A stretch of 64,000 bases of DNA from Ranitomeya imitator (taxonomy: Eukaryota), in contig NC_091283.1 of NCBI RefSeq assembly GCF_032444005.1, positions 626,944,001 to 627,008,000 of the forward strand, given 5' to 3'. This document shows positions 24,601 to 39,600 of this stretch, piece after piece. The position numbers and the translations under genes were made by a program. Under the pieces are notes generated by a model. It had not been told where the DNA came from. It searched no databases and was given only the letters and a program-made list of their open reading frames with translations. Position 1 is the first letter of the stretch. The number at the start of each line of letters is the position of its first letter.

Positions 24601-27600
24601 TTATACCATGGAAGAAAGTTGTCAGTCAGAAACTCTATATACTTTGCAGAGGTCATTTTCACACCTTCGGGGACCTTAAAGCGCCCTATCAGCTGTTTCC
24701 CCACGATTCTGGCCCAAAACATGACTTCTCCACCTCATTGCTGACATCACAGCCTTGTTAGGACATGGTGGCTATCCACCAACCATCCACTACTCCATCC
24801 ATCTGGAACATCCAGGGTTGCTCGACACTCATCAGTAAGCAAGACAATTTGAAAATTAGTCTTCATGTATGTCTGAGTCCACTGCAACCATTTCTGCTTG
24901 TGAACCCTGGTTAGGGGTGGCCAAATAGTAGGTTTATGCACAACAGCAAGCCTTTGAAGGATCTTACATCTCCAGAGGCACCAGCAGCTTCAAATATCTG
25001 TTTGCTGCTTCATAATAGTATTTTGGCAGCTGCTGTCTTAATCCAATTAAGTTGTCTGGCAGATACCTTCTTCATTATGCCTTTATCTGCATGAAGTCTG
25101 TCTGTGCTTTCTTTCAGTCACAAATCTTTTCACAGTATGAAGATCACTCTTAACTTTTCGTGAAATATCTAATGTTTTCATACCTTGTCCAAGGCATTGC
25201 ACTATTTAATGCTTTTCAGCAGCAGAGAGATCCTTTTTATTTCCCATATTGCTTGAAACCTGTGGCCTGCTTAATAATGTGGAACATAATTTTTAAGTAG
25301 TTTTCCTTTAATTAGAATCACCTGGAAAACTAATTATCACATGTTTAATATTGATTTCAGTGATCCACTGAGCCCTGAGACACAATACCATCCACGAGTT
25401 TATTTGAAAAACAAAACGTTTAAATCTTTATGACACTTAAATCCAATTTGCATAATAATTTGGAACACAGTGTAAAAAATTAATCTTCATGTTATTCTTG
25501 ACTAGTCCAAGATATCTAACCAAATTGGCCTTTCTTGGTTGTGTAGCTGTATCTGCAGGTTTTAATGTAAGGCCTTGTTCACAAGACCGTATTTTCAGTC
25601 CGAGTGCTGTCCATGAGTAGAACAGACCAATGTTACTCACTGTGCCATTGTAGATGAGTGATTTTTTCTCAATGTGTAAAAAGATTATATCGTGCACTAG
25701 ATTCTTCCATATGTTGGATAAAAATCATCCATTCAAGTCTATAGCTGCACAAAAAAATGTATACCATACAGAGCCACAGAAAGGAATCTGTGGCAATACT
25801 GTAACATAAGAAACTGTACATGATCTTATGAAATTATTAAATTATTAAATTAAAAAAATGGATTGCACACAAATGACAAGTGAGAAAAAAAAATTGGCCA
25901 TTTTTTTATGGATAAAGCCAAACTTTTTTTTATAGCTCATGTAAACCTACCCTTCCAGGAATAAAATCAGTCCTCCAACTTGACTATCAGCTTCTATAGG
26001 TAGACATTTGGAAACTTGTTCAGAAGAGTCTAGGACTGACGTCACATAAATGCAACAAAGTGGTCAATTGGGATTCTCCTTCCTTGGCTAAGAAAATAAT
26101 AGCCCTGCAAGAATAAGATTATGGTCCAACATCATTATAGCAAATAAAAGGACAATGTGTTGTCTTTACATCAAGGTTCCCCCATCAAGTTCAACTCTAA
26201 GTTGTTTTTTCTTGAAATCTTCACAAAAAATTGATTTATTTTTACTGTAATTCGTTAGGATTGGTCTGCAACAGGACATTTGATAAGTTCTCCTGCTGGC
26301 CAGATACGCAACCTAATACCACTGTCAATGTCTCATGTCCCTGGTTCCTGCCTTGGTACAAGAAAGGTAAGACATCTTCAGTAAGTGTTATTAGCAATAA
26401 ATGAGTCCTGCAGTAACAATATTGTCCCCTCTCAGTGCAGCATGGCTCAGTGTACAAACACTGCGGACCAGATGGGCAATGGGCAGCCACGGTGCATGGC
26501 CATCTTTTACGCGATGCCCGGGAATGTCAACTTGACCAAGCAGATGTGGAGGACCAGGTACAATTATATAGAGTTCCCCACAAACATCGATTGCTGATGT
26601 TTTATAAGTTCCACAGAACCACTATTGTCGATTCGAGTTCCTGTCACTTGTGAGGTGGTGTTATACTATTTGCATCTCTCATTTCTAATAGGAATTGACT
26701 CTATGAGACTCATTGTTCCTCTAGCTGGTAGTTCTTTGAATGTGTGGTGGGCTTTTTTGCCATGACATTCCCCCACCCATTTTCACTCATTGACTTTAGG
26801 TTGGGTCCTGAGCTTGCCAAAAATCTAAGTTGTTTAAGTTGTTGTAACCGACTTTGTTATGTAAGAAAATGTAGACATAAGCTAGCAAATCATTTTGGAA
26901 CCAGAATTGTGGTTCTACTGATGTTTCATTGGCTTGCAGAATGTTTCTTTAAGTAGGTATCAAGATAGTACTGATTAGGGGACCAGCATTCTAACAATCT
27001 CAATATTCAAAACCTCCCACTGTTTCGCTGGCCCCAAGACTTTTCTCATGTTGCACCAATTCAATGGAATGCGCTTCTCAACTTACTACCATCATTCACA
27101 GTGTCTCAAATATACTTTTAGTGCACAATTCTTTTTTTAGGCAGGCTTACCACCCAATCTACATTTCTCAGAACATATACAGATACTGGCTAGGTGAAAG
27201 TCTGATGCATCTTTATATATATTTCCATAAAATAAATTTTAAATAAAGAATTAATTAATATAAACATGCACACTTCTACCATTTGAATTATTAATTAGTT
27301 TGTTGTATAGAAAGTCTAAATCTGGTTGTACATGGAACCATCTGCAAGGTGCTGGTAATTATGTTGGCGATATATTTATTTTATTATTATTACTCACTTT
27401 TATAGCACCATTATTTCCACAGCACTTTACAGACATTATCGGCACTGTCCCCATTGGGTCCCACAATCTAGATTGCCTATCAGTATGTCTTTGGAGTGTG
27501 GGAGGAAACGGGAGAACCTGGAGGAAACCCACGCAATCACGGGGAGAACATACAAACTCCTTGTAGATGTTGTCCTTGGTGGTATTTAACCCCAAGACCT

Positions 27601-30600
27601 CAGTTCTGCAAAGCAACAGTGCTAACCACTGAGCCACCGTGCTGCCCTCTGTCTAACCAAACACAATGGATCAGCTTCACTGATCATCAGAAGCAGATAA
27701 CAGAACATTATGTGCATGGGTTTTTAACCTCAATGAGTGGTCAAATAGACAAATGTCCCTAAATTCCAACTACGGTATAAAGTAATGTATATCACAAAAG
27801 TAATGTATCTTTTATGATTAGTTGGTGATATAACATATGCAGAACTCCAGGTTACTTTTAATGATAGGGGTACGGATAATGTATTGACAGTCCACATATG
27901 AAGATTAAACTTCAAATACAACTGCAATAATACAAGCTAATACGGAGGATGTTCATTTCTGTCGGATTATGTTATTGGGTGATTGATGTCAGTAACTTAG
28001 GTTGTATAATGGGAAATTACTTTAATAGGTAATGTGATCTGAGCTATGTCAGAGTGATTCAGTAAACACTGATGGTTGATGCTGAAGCTCCATGATGATG
28101 GAAAATGTACATGGTGATTTTTTTCCTTCATTTTTGAGGAAAGGGTGCATTTTGTTATCGATAATAGATCTGTTATTCTTAATTTACAGGAAAAATTTGC
28201 CAAGACCTATGAAAGCTTTAAGATCATGTACACTGTAGGGTATTCTATGTCGGTGGGGTCCCTCATACTGGCACTTGCTATTCTTGTGGGATTCAGGTAC
28301 GTTGATGTTAAGATGGAAACTATTGCCCGCTCCTAACCTATTTGTTTGAAAATTATATACAAAACCAATTATATCCCCAATCTCCTGTCATCTGTGGGGT
28401 TTTCCCTAAATATGGCCTTAATACCTGGTTAATTTAGGTGGATTTTTGCCAATTTTGACAGTCGAGTTTACAGACTGACCAATGGTCCTTTAACATCTCT
28501 CAGTGGAAACAAGCATCTGACAGGATATATGTCAGCACTATTGAAATAACATGCATATTGCATTAATCTGAACAGGCATATAGAGAAGTCTGGACTAATA
28601 GCCAGAACTTGTGCATGTGCATGAGCAATTTAAGGGTATGTGCACACGTCCGGATTTTTAGCGTTTTTTTTTGCGGAATTTCGCTATTAAAACGCTATAA
28701 TTCCGCATCAAAAAAGCTAAAAATATGCATCCTATCATTTAGAATGCATTCCGGATTTTTTGTTCATATGGATGCGTTTTTTTCCGCAAAAAAAACGCAT
28801 TCCGCAAAAAAAATAGACATGCTCATTCTTTTTTTTTGCGGATTTATAAGCCAAAATGACTTTCAGGAAAAAAAAAAAAAAGGAAAATTCCGCAAAAAAT
28901 CCGCGCAAAAACCGCGAAAAATCCGTGCGGAAAAAAACGCGATTTTCTGCCAGAATTCTCCGGATTTTGTCAGGAAAATAACCTGACGTGTGCACATACC
29001 CTCAAGGAGGCCAGTGACCATAGACATGAGATATTTATTGGTAAATCCAATCCGTTTGGGTGGGATCTGCAAGCAGTTTATTGTTGTTACGCAACCATAG
29101 ATACTACCTTGTTAGAGCTGCCAACAGGTATCTAATATACAATGGGTAAAAATAAGTATTTGATACACTGACGATTTTGCAAGTTTTGCCACCTACAAAG
29201 AATAGAAAGATCTGTAATTTTTATCGTGGGTACACCTCAACTGTGAAAGGCAGAATCTAAATATAAAAAACAGAAAATCACATTGTATGAATTTTACATA
29301 GTTAATTTGCATTTTATTGCATGAAATAAGTATTTGATACAATAGAAAAACAGAACTTAATATTTGGTACAGAAACCTTTGTTTGCAGTTACAGAGGTCA
29401 GACGTTTCCTGTAGTTCTTGACCAATTTTGCACGCATTGCAGCAGAGATTTTAGCCCAGTCCTCCATACAGATCTTCTCCAGATCTTTCAGGCTTTGTGG
29501 CTGTCGCTGGGCAACAAAAGTTTTCTATTGGGTTCAATACTGGAGACTACAGTAGCTAAGCCACACAATGACCTTGAAATTCTTCTTATGGAGAGACCCT
29601 TAGTTGCTCTGGCTGTGTTTTCCGGGTCATTGTCATGCTGGAAGCCCTAGTCACGATCCATTTTCAGTCCTTTTACTGGGAGAAGGAGGTTGTTGGCCAA
29701 AATCTTGCGACACATGACCCCATCCATACTTCTTTCAATACAGTGCAGTCGTCCTGTCCCCTTTGTAGATAAGCACCCCCAAAGTACCATGTTTCACGGT
29801 TTGGATGGTGTTATTGGGGGTTGCACTCATTCTTCTTCTTCCTGCAAACACAGTGAGTGTTTTATATTGAAGTTATATTGTGGTCTCATGATCTCATCTA
29901 ACCATATGACCTTCTCCCATGCCTCCTCTGGATCGTCCAAATAGTCATTGGTGAACTTCAAATGGACCTGGACATGTGCTGGCGTGAGCAGAGTGACCTT
30001 GCCTTCTCTGCAGGATATTAATCCAGGACAGCCTAGTGTGTTACTAAAGGCAATGTTTGAGACTGTGGTCCAAGCTCTCTTCATCTCAATGACCAGGTCA
30101 TCCCATGTAGTTCTGGGTTGATTTCTGACCTTTATTAGAACTATCCTTACCCTGTGAGGCTAAATCTTGCATGGATCCCAAGGCTGAGAAAAATTGACAG
30201 TCATCTTGTGTTTCTTCCATTTTCTAATAAATGTAGGCCCCTTGAAAAATAGTGAGGAAAGAATGGTTGTAGATGACGAGGAAAAAGCTAACATATTAAA
30301 CACCTTCTTCTCCACGGTATTCACGGTGGAAAATAAAATGCTAGGTGAAATCCCAAGAAACAATGAAAACCCTATATTAAGGGTCACCAATCTAACCCAA
30401 GAAGAGGTGCGAAACCGGCTAAATAAGATTAAAATAGATAAATCTCCGGGTCCGGATGGCATACACCCACGAGTACTAAGAGAACTAAGTAATGTAATAG
30501 ATAAACCATTATTTCTTATTTTTAGGGACTCTATAGCGACAGGGTCTGTTCCGCAGGATTGGCGCATAGCAAATGTGGTGCCAATATTCAAAAAGGGCTC

Positions 30601-33600
30601 TAAAAGTGAACCTGGAAATTATAGGCCAGTAAGTCTAACCTCTATTGTTGGTAAAATATTTGAAGGGTTTCTGAGGGATGTTATTCTGGATTATCTCAAT
30701 GAGAATAGCTGTTTAACTCCATATCAGCATGGGTTTATGAGAAATCGCTCCTGTCAAACCAATCTAATCAGTTTTTATGAAGAGGTAAACTATAGGCTGG
30801 ACCACGGTGAGTCATTGGACGTGGTATATCTCGATTTTTCCAAAGCGTTTGATACCGTGCCGCACAAGAGGTTGGTACACAAAATGAGAATGCTTGGTCT
30901 GGGGGAAAATGTGTGTAAATGGGTTAGTAACTGGCTTAGTGATAGAAAGCAGAGGGTGGTTATAAATGGTATAGTCTCTAACTGGGTCGCTGTGACCAGT
31001 GGGGTACCGCAGGGGTCAGTATTGGGACCTGTTCTCTTCAACATATTCATTAATGATCTGGTAGAAGGTTTACACAGTAAAATATCGATATTTGCAGATG
31101 ATACAAAACTATGTAAAGCAGTTAATACAAGAGAAGATAGTATTCTGCTACAGATGGATCTGGATAAGTTGGAAACTTGGGCTGAAAGGTGGCAGATGAG
31201 GTTTAACAATGATAAATGTAAGGTTATACACATGGGAAGAAGGAATCAATATCACCATTACACACTGAACGGGAAACCACTGGGTAAATCTGACAGGGAG
31301 AAGGACTTGGGGATCCTAGTTAATGATAAACTTACCTGGAGCAGCCAGTGCCAGGCAGCAGCTGCCAAGGCAAACAGGATCATGGGGTGCATTAAAAGAG
31401 GTCTGGATACACATGATGAGAGCATTATACTGCCTCTGTACAAATCCCTAGTTAGACCGCACATGGAGTACTGTGTCCAGTTTTGGGCACCGGTGCTCAG
31501 GAAGGATATAATGGAACTAGAGAGAGTACAAAGGAGGGCAACAAAATTAATAAAGGGGATGGGAGAACTACAATACCCAGATAGATTAGCGAAATTAGGA
31601 TTATTTAGTCTAGAAAAAAGACGACTGAGGGGCGATCTAATAACCATGTATAAGTATATAAGGGGACAATACAAATATCTCGCTGAGGATCTGTTTATAC
31701 CAAGGAAGGTGACGGGCACAAGGGGGCATTCTTTGCGTCTGGAGGAGAGAAGGTTTTTCCACCAACATAGAAGAGGATTCTTTACTGTTAGGGCAGTGAG
31801 AATCTGGAATTGCTTGCCTGAGGAGGTGGTGATGGCGAACTCAGTCGAGGGGTTCAAGAGAGGCCTGGATGTCTTCCTGGAGCAGAACAATATTGTATCA
31901 TACAATTAGGTTCTGTAGAAGGACATAGATCTGGGGATTTATTATGATGGAATATAGGCTGAACTGGATGGACAAATGTCTTTTTTCGGCCTTACTAACT
32001 ATGTTACTATGTTACTATGTTGTCCCAACAGTTGTTGCCTTCTCACCAAGCTGCTTGTCTACTGTCCTGTAGCCCATCCCAGCATTGTGCAGGTCTACAA
32101 TTTTGTACTTGGTGTCCTTAGACAGTTCTTTGGAGTATGATTGATTGAGTGTGGGCTCAGGCATTTTTTTATATACGGTAGTTAACAAGTTCAAACAGGT
32201 GCAATTAATACAGGTAATGAGTGCAGAGTATGAGGGCTTGTTAAAGAAAAACTTACATGTCTGTGAGAGCCAGAATTCTTGCTGGTTGGTGGGTAATCAA
32301 ATACATATTTCATGCAATAAAATGTAATTTAATTATTTAAATATCATACAATGTGATTTTTTTTCACATTCTGTCTCTCACAGTTGAAGTGCTCCTACGA
32401 TAAAAATTACAGACCTCTACATTCTTTCTAGGTGGGAAAACCTGCAAAATCTGCAGTGTATCAAAGTCTTATTTTCCCCACTGTATATACAGTACCTGCC
32501 TAAAACCTGCTAAAATGGCCAAATAGATTTGAAAAAAAGCTATGGCAAAGGAAGAATAAGTGATATGATACAAATGCTCGATAAAAAAGAGATTTACATG
32601 GCTGATACAGCCATACAAAGATATTCATACATAAGCTCATACCTCCCATTACTACCCCCTCTTACCGCTCCCTATCTAATATGAACTACCACAATCCTTC
32701 CAACGTAAGACCCGTGCCCTTGACGCCCACCCCCCTGCTCCCTCTCTCTGGAGCATTCTGGAATGCCCGCTCAATCTTCAATAAGCTTCATGTGATTCAT
32801 GACCTTTTTCTCTCTTGCAATCTTGCCTTCCTCGGCCTCACAGAAACATGGAAACATGGCTGACACCCTTGGACACCGCCTTCCCGCTGCGCTCTGTTAC
32901 GGTGGCCTCCATTTCACCCACACTCCTGGCCCCGGCAACAGACACGATGGAGGAGTGGGTCTTCTTCTTTCTTCTAACTGCACCTTTAACCCAATCCCAC
33001 CTCTACCCACCCTTATTCTCCCCTCTTTTGAAGTCCATTCTGTCCACATACACTCTCCCTCCAACTTCCAAGTGGCCGTCATATACCGACCTCCGGGCCT
33101 GGCCACTGCCTTTATTGATCAATTCTCCACCTGGCTTCTTCACTTTCTTTCCACTGACATTCCCACTATCATCATGGGTGACTTCAACATCCACACTGAT
33201 ACCCTTCAGTCAACAGCCTGCAAACTCCTGTCCCTTACTTCATCCTTTGGACTTACTCAGTGGTCCTCCACAGCCACCCACACAGATGGAAATGCATTAG
33301 ACCTGGTCTTCACCCATCTCTGCTCTCTATCTAACTTCACCACCTCCCCTCTCCATCTATCCAACCACCATCTACTCACTTTTTCATCCTTGTCCACCTC
33401 ACCTGTCACCCATGTCAGCAACATGCACACCCCCGCAGAAACCTTGCATAATTAGACACCCACACGCTCTCTGACTCTACCACTGGCATCCATTTCCTCA
33501 CTCCATGACACAGATGGTGCCACTGCTTTCTACAATGCCACTCTGCCATCAGCTATTGACGCGGTCACCCCTCTCGTTCATGGCAGAGTGCGACGCATCA

Positions 33601-36600
33601 ACAGACAACCCTGGCACAATAGCACCACTAAAAAGCTCCAGCAAGTGTACAGGGTTGTAGAGCAACGTTGGAAGAAAATAAATTTGCAAGACGACTTCAC
33701 TGAATTCAAACAGGCAACATTCGCTTTCAAATTTGCCCTCACCTCTGCTAAACAGGCCTGCTTCACAACCCTTGTATCTTCCCTATCCTATAACCCCAAA
33801 CAGTTATTCCAAACTTTTAACTCCCTCCTCCGCCAACCACTGTCCCCTCCAACCTCCCTCATCTCTGCTGAGGACTTTGCAACACACTTTAAAAATAAGT
33901 TCTTAAAAAATATGTCTTCATTGTTCAACCACTACAACCTCTTTGTATATCAGACTAATGCCCAAACCCCATAACTTCCCTATCCAACATCACTGAAGGG
34001 GAGCTTAATTGTCTCCTCTCCAAATCGCACCTCACCACCTGTGCGCTCGACCCCATCCCTCCTCTTCCCCAACCTCACCACCACTCTTATCCCATCCCTA
34101 ACCCACCTCTTCAACCTATCGCAAACTTCTGGTACCTTCCATTCTGCTTTTAAACATGCCACAATCATGCCTATCCCTAAAAAGCCAACCCTCGACCCAA
34201 CCGCTATATCCAGCTATCGCCCAATATCGCTGCTCCCATTCGCTTCCAAACTCCTGGAGCAGCACGTTTACGCTGAACTTTCCTCCCACCTCTCATCTAA
34301 GGCTACTTTCACACTAGCGTCGGAATCTCCCCGTCGCAGTGCGTCGGGCAGAGATTCCGAAGCTAGCGTTTAAGGCACTGCACAACGGGTGCAGCGGATG
34401 CATTTCTCCGGTGCATCCGCTGCCCCATTGTGAGGTGCGGGGAGGTGGGGGCGGAGTTCCGGCCGCGCATGCGCGGTCGGAAAAAGCGGTCCGTCAGGAG
34501 CAAAAAACGTTACATGTAACGTTTTTTGCTCCCGGCGGTCGGCCACAACACGGCGCAACCGTCGCACGACGGTTGCGACGTGTGGCAAAGCGTCGCAATG
34601 CGTCGCTAATGTTAACCTATGGGGCAAAAACGCATCCTGCAAACAACTTTGCAGGATGCATTTTTTGCCATAAACGACGCATTGCGACGTCTGGCAAAAA
34701 ACGCCAGTGTGAAAGTAGCCTAACTTGCTCAGTGACAATCTACAATCTGGTTTCCGCCCCATCACTCAACTGAGACAGCCCTGACCAAAATTACTAACGA
34801 CCTACTTACAGCCAAAGCTAACTGACAATACTCTATACTCCTCCTCCTAGACCTGTCCTCTGCTTTCAGCACAGTTGACCACTGCCTCCTACTACAGATC
34901 CTCTCCTCCTTTGGCCTCAAAGACCTCGCCCTATCCTGGATCTCCTCGTACCTTTCCAACCACATATTCAGCATCTCCCACTCCCAAACTTCCTCCTCAT
35001 CCCATGCTCTCTCTGTTGGAGTCCCCCAAGGCTCTGTTCTAGGACCCCTACTCTTCTCAATTTATACACTTGGCCTGGGACAACTCATAAAGTCCCATGG
35101 ATTCCAGTACCACCTTTATGCTGATGACACTCAGATCTACCTCCCAGGCCCAGACGTCACCTCTCTGCTGTCCAGAATCCCGGAGTGTCTATCAGCCATA
35201 TCCTCCCTTCTTCTCCTCTCGCTTCCTCAAACTCAGTGTGGACAAATCTGAACTTATCATCTTTGCTCCATCTCACAGATCTGCCTTACCTGAGCTATCT
35301 ATCGCAATTAAAGACATCACGTTTTCCCCATACCGGAAGTCCGCTATCTCGGAGTAACCCTTGATTCTGCCCTGTCCTTCAAACCACACATCCAAGCTCT
35401 TTCCACCTCCTGTCGCCTCCAGCTCAAAAATATCTCCAGAATCCATCCTTTCCTCCACCCTCAATCTACTAAAATGTTTGTGCATGCCCTCATCATCTGC
35501 TGCCTTGACTACTGCAACATCCTTTTCTGTGGCCTCCCTGCTAACACTCTCGCACATCTCCAGTCCATCCTTAACTCTGGTGCCCGACTAAGTCATCTCT
35601 CTCCTCGCTACTCTTCCGCTTCTCCCCTCTGCAAATTACTTCACTGGCTCCCAGTCCCTCAGCGTATCCAGTTCAAATTACTAATACTGACCTACAAGAC
35701 CATCTATAACCTGTCTCCTTCATACGTCTCTGAACTAATCTTCCGATATCTTCCCTCATGTAATCTCCAGTCCTCCCAAGACCTCCTTCTCTCCTCCACA
35801 CTTATTCGCTCCTCACCCAACCGCCTCCAGGACTTCTCTCGAATATCCCCCACCCTCTGGAATTCTTTGCCCCAACACGTTAGACTATTAACCACATTCG
35901 GATCCTTCAGATGGAACCTGAAAACCCACCTCTTCAGGAAAGCATACAGCCTGCACTGACCCCGCTGCCTCCTCACCACTATCGGGGCTACCGCCTCACC
36001 AACACCGGAGCTGCTGAAACCCCCCCAACTACTGTCTCCTTCCCCACCATCCTGTAGAATGTAAGCCCGCAAGGGCAGGGTCCTCTCCCCTCTGTATAAG
36101 TCTGTGATTGTAAGTTTGTTTACTGAAACGGATATCAGTAATTTGTATGTTACCCCTTCTCCTGTACAGCACCATGGAATGAGTGTTGCTATATAAATAA
36201 ATAATAATAGTAATAATAAGTGATATTTTATCAGATGTTATCAATCTTTGTTTGATCTATCAATAATGTTCTTGATGATAAGCAATAAACACATTGGTGG
36301 AATCTTCCCATAAATATTCAACCACTACTATAACAGCTAAGACCAGTGCTGGAGACAGCTATGGATTGATTGTTGACCAGTAATCTTACCATTGAATGAT
36401 TCCACAGTTCTTATGTCTGATATCACATTTCCTTTCTTGCAGTAAACTCCATTGTATGAGGAATTACATTCATATCAACCTGTTCATCTCATTCATTCTG
36501 AAGGGAGTGTCTGTGCTAGTGATTGACGCCATGCTGAAAACTCGCTACAGCGAGAAGATTGAGGAGGAGTACCTACATGTCTGGCTTAGTAGTGAGGTGA

Positions 36601-39600
36601 GAGGTTATATGCTTGCATGAAGTCATTCTGTAAATACATATTGAGAAATAAAAAAGAGCCTCTGTTGTTAACCTCGGTTGATGTTATTGTGTTTTAGAAT
36701 TGGAATCTGTATACCTTTATGATCCATGTAATTTGTCATGTATAATCTTCAATGGTCCATCTCATTAAGTGTTGTTTTTTCAGGTGTGTGTTCTATGCAT
36801 GGTTTTCATAAATAGAACACATACCCATTATCATTTATGGAGAAGTTCACATGTCCGTGTCCTTTTTTTGCCCATAAGTCTACAAAAAAATCATGGAAAC
36901 ATGCCATTTTGACCTGATTCATTGATTAAAATGAGCCATATAAGTCTGTGGGTCCATCCATGTTCTGTCCGTTTTATGCTTTGTAATGGAAAGGAGATGC
37001 TAAGCAAGTCTATCTCAGTTGCATGAGAACAAGAGAACAAAGCTGGATCGAGAACATTCTTTATCACATGTGCAATATTAAAAACATCCTTTTAAAAAAT
37101 ATATTTAGTTAAAGAATCTCATTAAAGACTTGGTCTGACACCTAAAATTTCCTTTCAAAATATCTATTTTTATACTCTTACCACTTTTGTAATTAGTTTT
37201 ATTATAAAATACCCTACACTTCTCCCTACCCTGTTAATCCCTTAATTTTATTTCACTTCATGTGATTTTTTTATTTAAGAGGATTCTCAAACAAGGTGTT
37301 ATCAGATAGCTGGTGCTGCACTCACACACAGTCTATGAAACCGCCTGGAGCAGGATGTCATCAGGGTGAGGCACTGTGGTCACTTGCCACATGTTCTTTC
37401 ATTGGCATGGATTAAGGACATCTTCAGATGGCAGCGATCAAAGAAACTGTAGTAAGTGACCACAACATCACCCTATGATAACATCCGATTTCAGCGGGCA
37501 TGTGATAGATGCTGCAGAGAAGTGAATGCAGCCCCTGCCTCCAGATTATGCCTCATTTGAGAATCCTCTGAAAAGAAACGTCACCAGAAGTGATGTAAAA
37601 AAGCACATTTTGGAATTAGCAGGGTACGGAGAAGTGTTGGGTGTTTTATCATTAGGCAAACTTCAAAGAAATGCTTAGTATTTAAAAATAGACATTTATT
37701 AAGGTCATTCTAGATATCAGAACACCCCTTTGATGAACAGAGGATAAACTTTAAATATTATCTACTTTCTGGTTTAATAAATGACCTCTAATCAGAGATG
37801 GATCAAGTCATGGGAGATGATTGTAGTGATTCCCATCCACGATGGTACCATATCAGACAGGAAGTGTAGATGATGATAAACCTCCCACACATGAGTAATT
37901 CAACAGCTTAGGAAGCTGCCTCCAAAATTAAAAATGCAGTCACCTGCCTTCCACATGAGCAAGCACTTATTACTTTTAGCATCTATATGTACTCTGGTCA
38001 TCCATATAACATTTTTACTTTCTACCCTTTTTACCCACAAATTCCCAGGCTGGTTGTCGAGCTGCTTCTGTTCTCATGCAATATGGAATTATTGCTAACT
38101 ACTGCTGGCTGTTGGTGGAAGGGATATACCTACACAACCTTCTGGTCTTATCTGTGTTTTCAGAGAGAAGCTACTTTGCTCTGTATGTTTGCATCGGATG
38201 GGGTGAGTAAGGAAGCCATGCAGACCTATTGATTTGTCCTACAAGACTACAAAGCTACTAGTATCAAAAATGTAGTGGTGAAGTACCCTTCCTATGTAGT
38301 ATCTAGATGCCATACAGAAGGCAACATTGCCACTCTCTGAGAAGTTGTAGTTGGAGCGCCCCCAGACGCAGGGTCGCGGGTTACTCGGTACCGGTCCTCT
38401 GCTGGCTCAGTTCTGGGGATGTCACGGTGGCTGGACCCGGTCCGTGACCCTGCTAAGGGGCGCCCAATGAAAGGTGATACGAGTCTGTCAAGGGTTTGTG
38501 ACGCCACCTGTGGTGTTCGGTCAGGGTGACCGACGCTGCTTGGGGTCCACTGGGGTGATGTGATGGCAGCTAGATGGTATACCTTCCCACAGGTGAAGTA
38601 GGTCCCCAGGGTTTCCCAGTAAGATGGATGGTGATGGTGTGAGGTGCAGACAATAACGAGGACACAGGGTTGCAGTCTCTTTACCTCTTTACTGAAGACT
38701 TCAGGATCCGCAATCCAGAGCACAGTTAACAGGGCTGTCTGAGACTGGCCGGTCCGAAGGCACATCCAGAGTTCCCTTTGCAGGTGGAAATCGTTGCCTA
38801 CTTCTAGCGCCTGTGTGTTGTAGTGCTTCCCTGCTGAGCATTCGGGATAGTCCTCACAACTTCTATTCTCGTTCATTCTAATTCGTTCCAGTTCTTTCTA
38901 ATTTTCTGTCCCCCAGTATGTTATGGCTAGGACGCACCCGTTTGACGGGTAGGCTCGGAGCTCTTCCGGGACCCTAGAGATGCCCCTCTCCACGCGTTGC
39001 CCCCTATGTCTGCTTAGGTGATGTAAGGTAGACAGCCAACCTATGATTAACGGTCCTGCGGTATTTGAAGTAAGGCATAAAGTCAGTCACTTCCTCGGTG
39101 TTCCGGGCACCGGCTACGCGCCTCAGTAGGATGTTGCCGTTCTCCGGGCACTACTCCTACTGGCTCTCCTTTGTGCTTGATCTCGTTTCTCACTGTCCAC
39201 AATATCCTTCGCTTCATGTCTCTTTCTTAGGATACCACCGTGGGTAGTGCAGGCGCGGTTCTGTAACGTTCTGTTCTTGTCGCTAGGTACCTGCCAGGTT
39301 CCCATGCCTGACAGGGACCCCCCTGAATCTTCTCCCTGCAACACCCCCTGCGACGGGATGTTGCCTGAATCCAACCCAGTCAGCTTCTCACTAACTTCCT
39401 ATCCAACCCCTAGTTTTACCAGTGTGAGGAGTGGCCTAATAAATAAAACCTTTTTCTCCCCCTAGTGGCCGGAGTGTGAAGTGTAATGTGTGCTGGTGAT
39501 ACCTGGTCAGAAGAACTCCTTTAGTGCCATCAGACGTACCATCACTCCCCTTAGTGGCAGAGCAACGTTACTGCAACGACCAGGTCTCTGGGGCGCTGCA

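Noticed and set aside
30194-30230. Apparent N-terminus of a 571-aa RT protein ([13 protein letters not shown])
   Set aside because: These codons are antisense Tc1 sequence fortuitously in frame with a 5'-truncated CR1; the start is TTG and there is no sign of a domesticated fusion.
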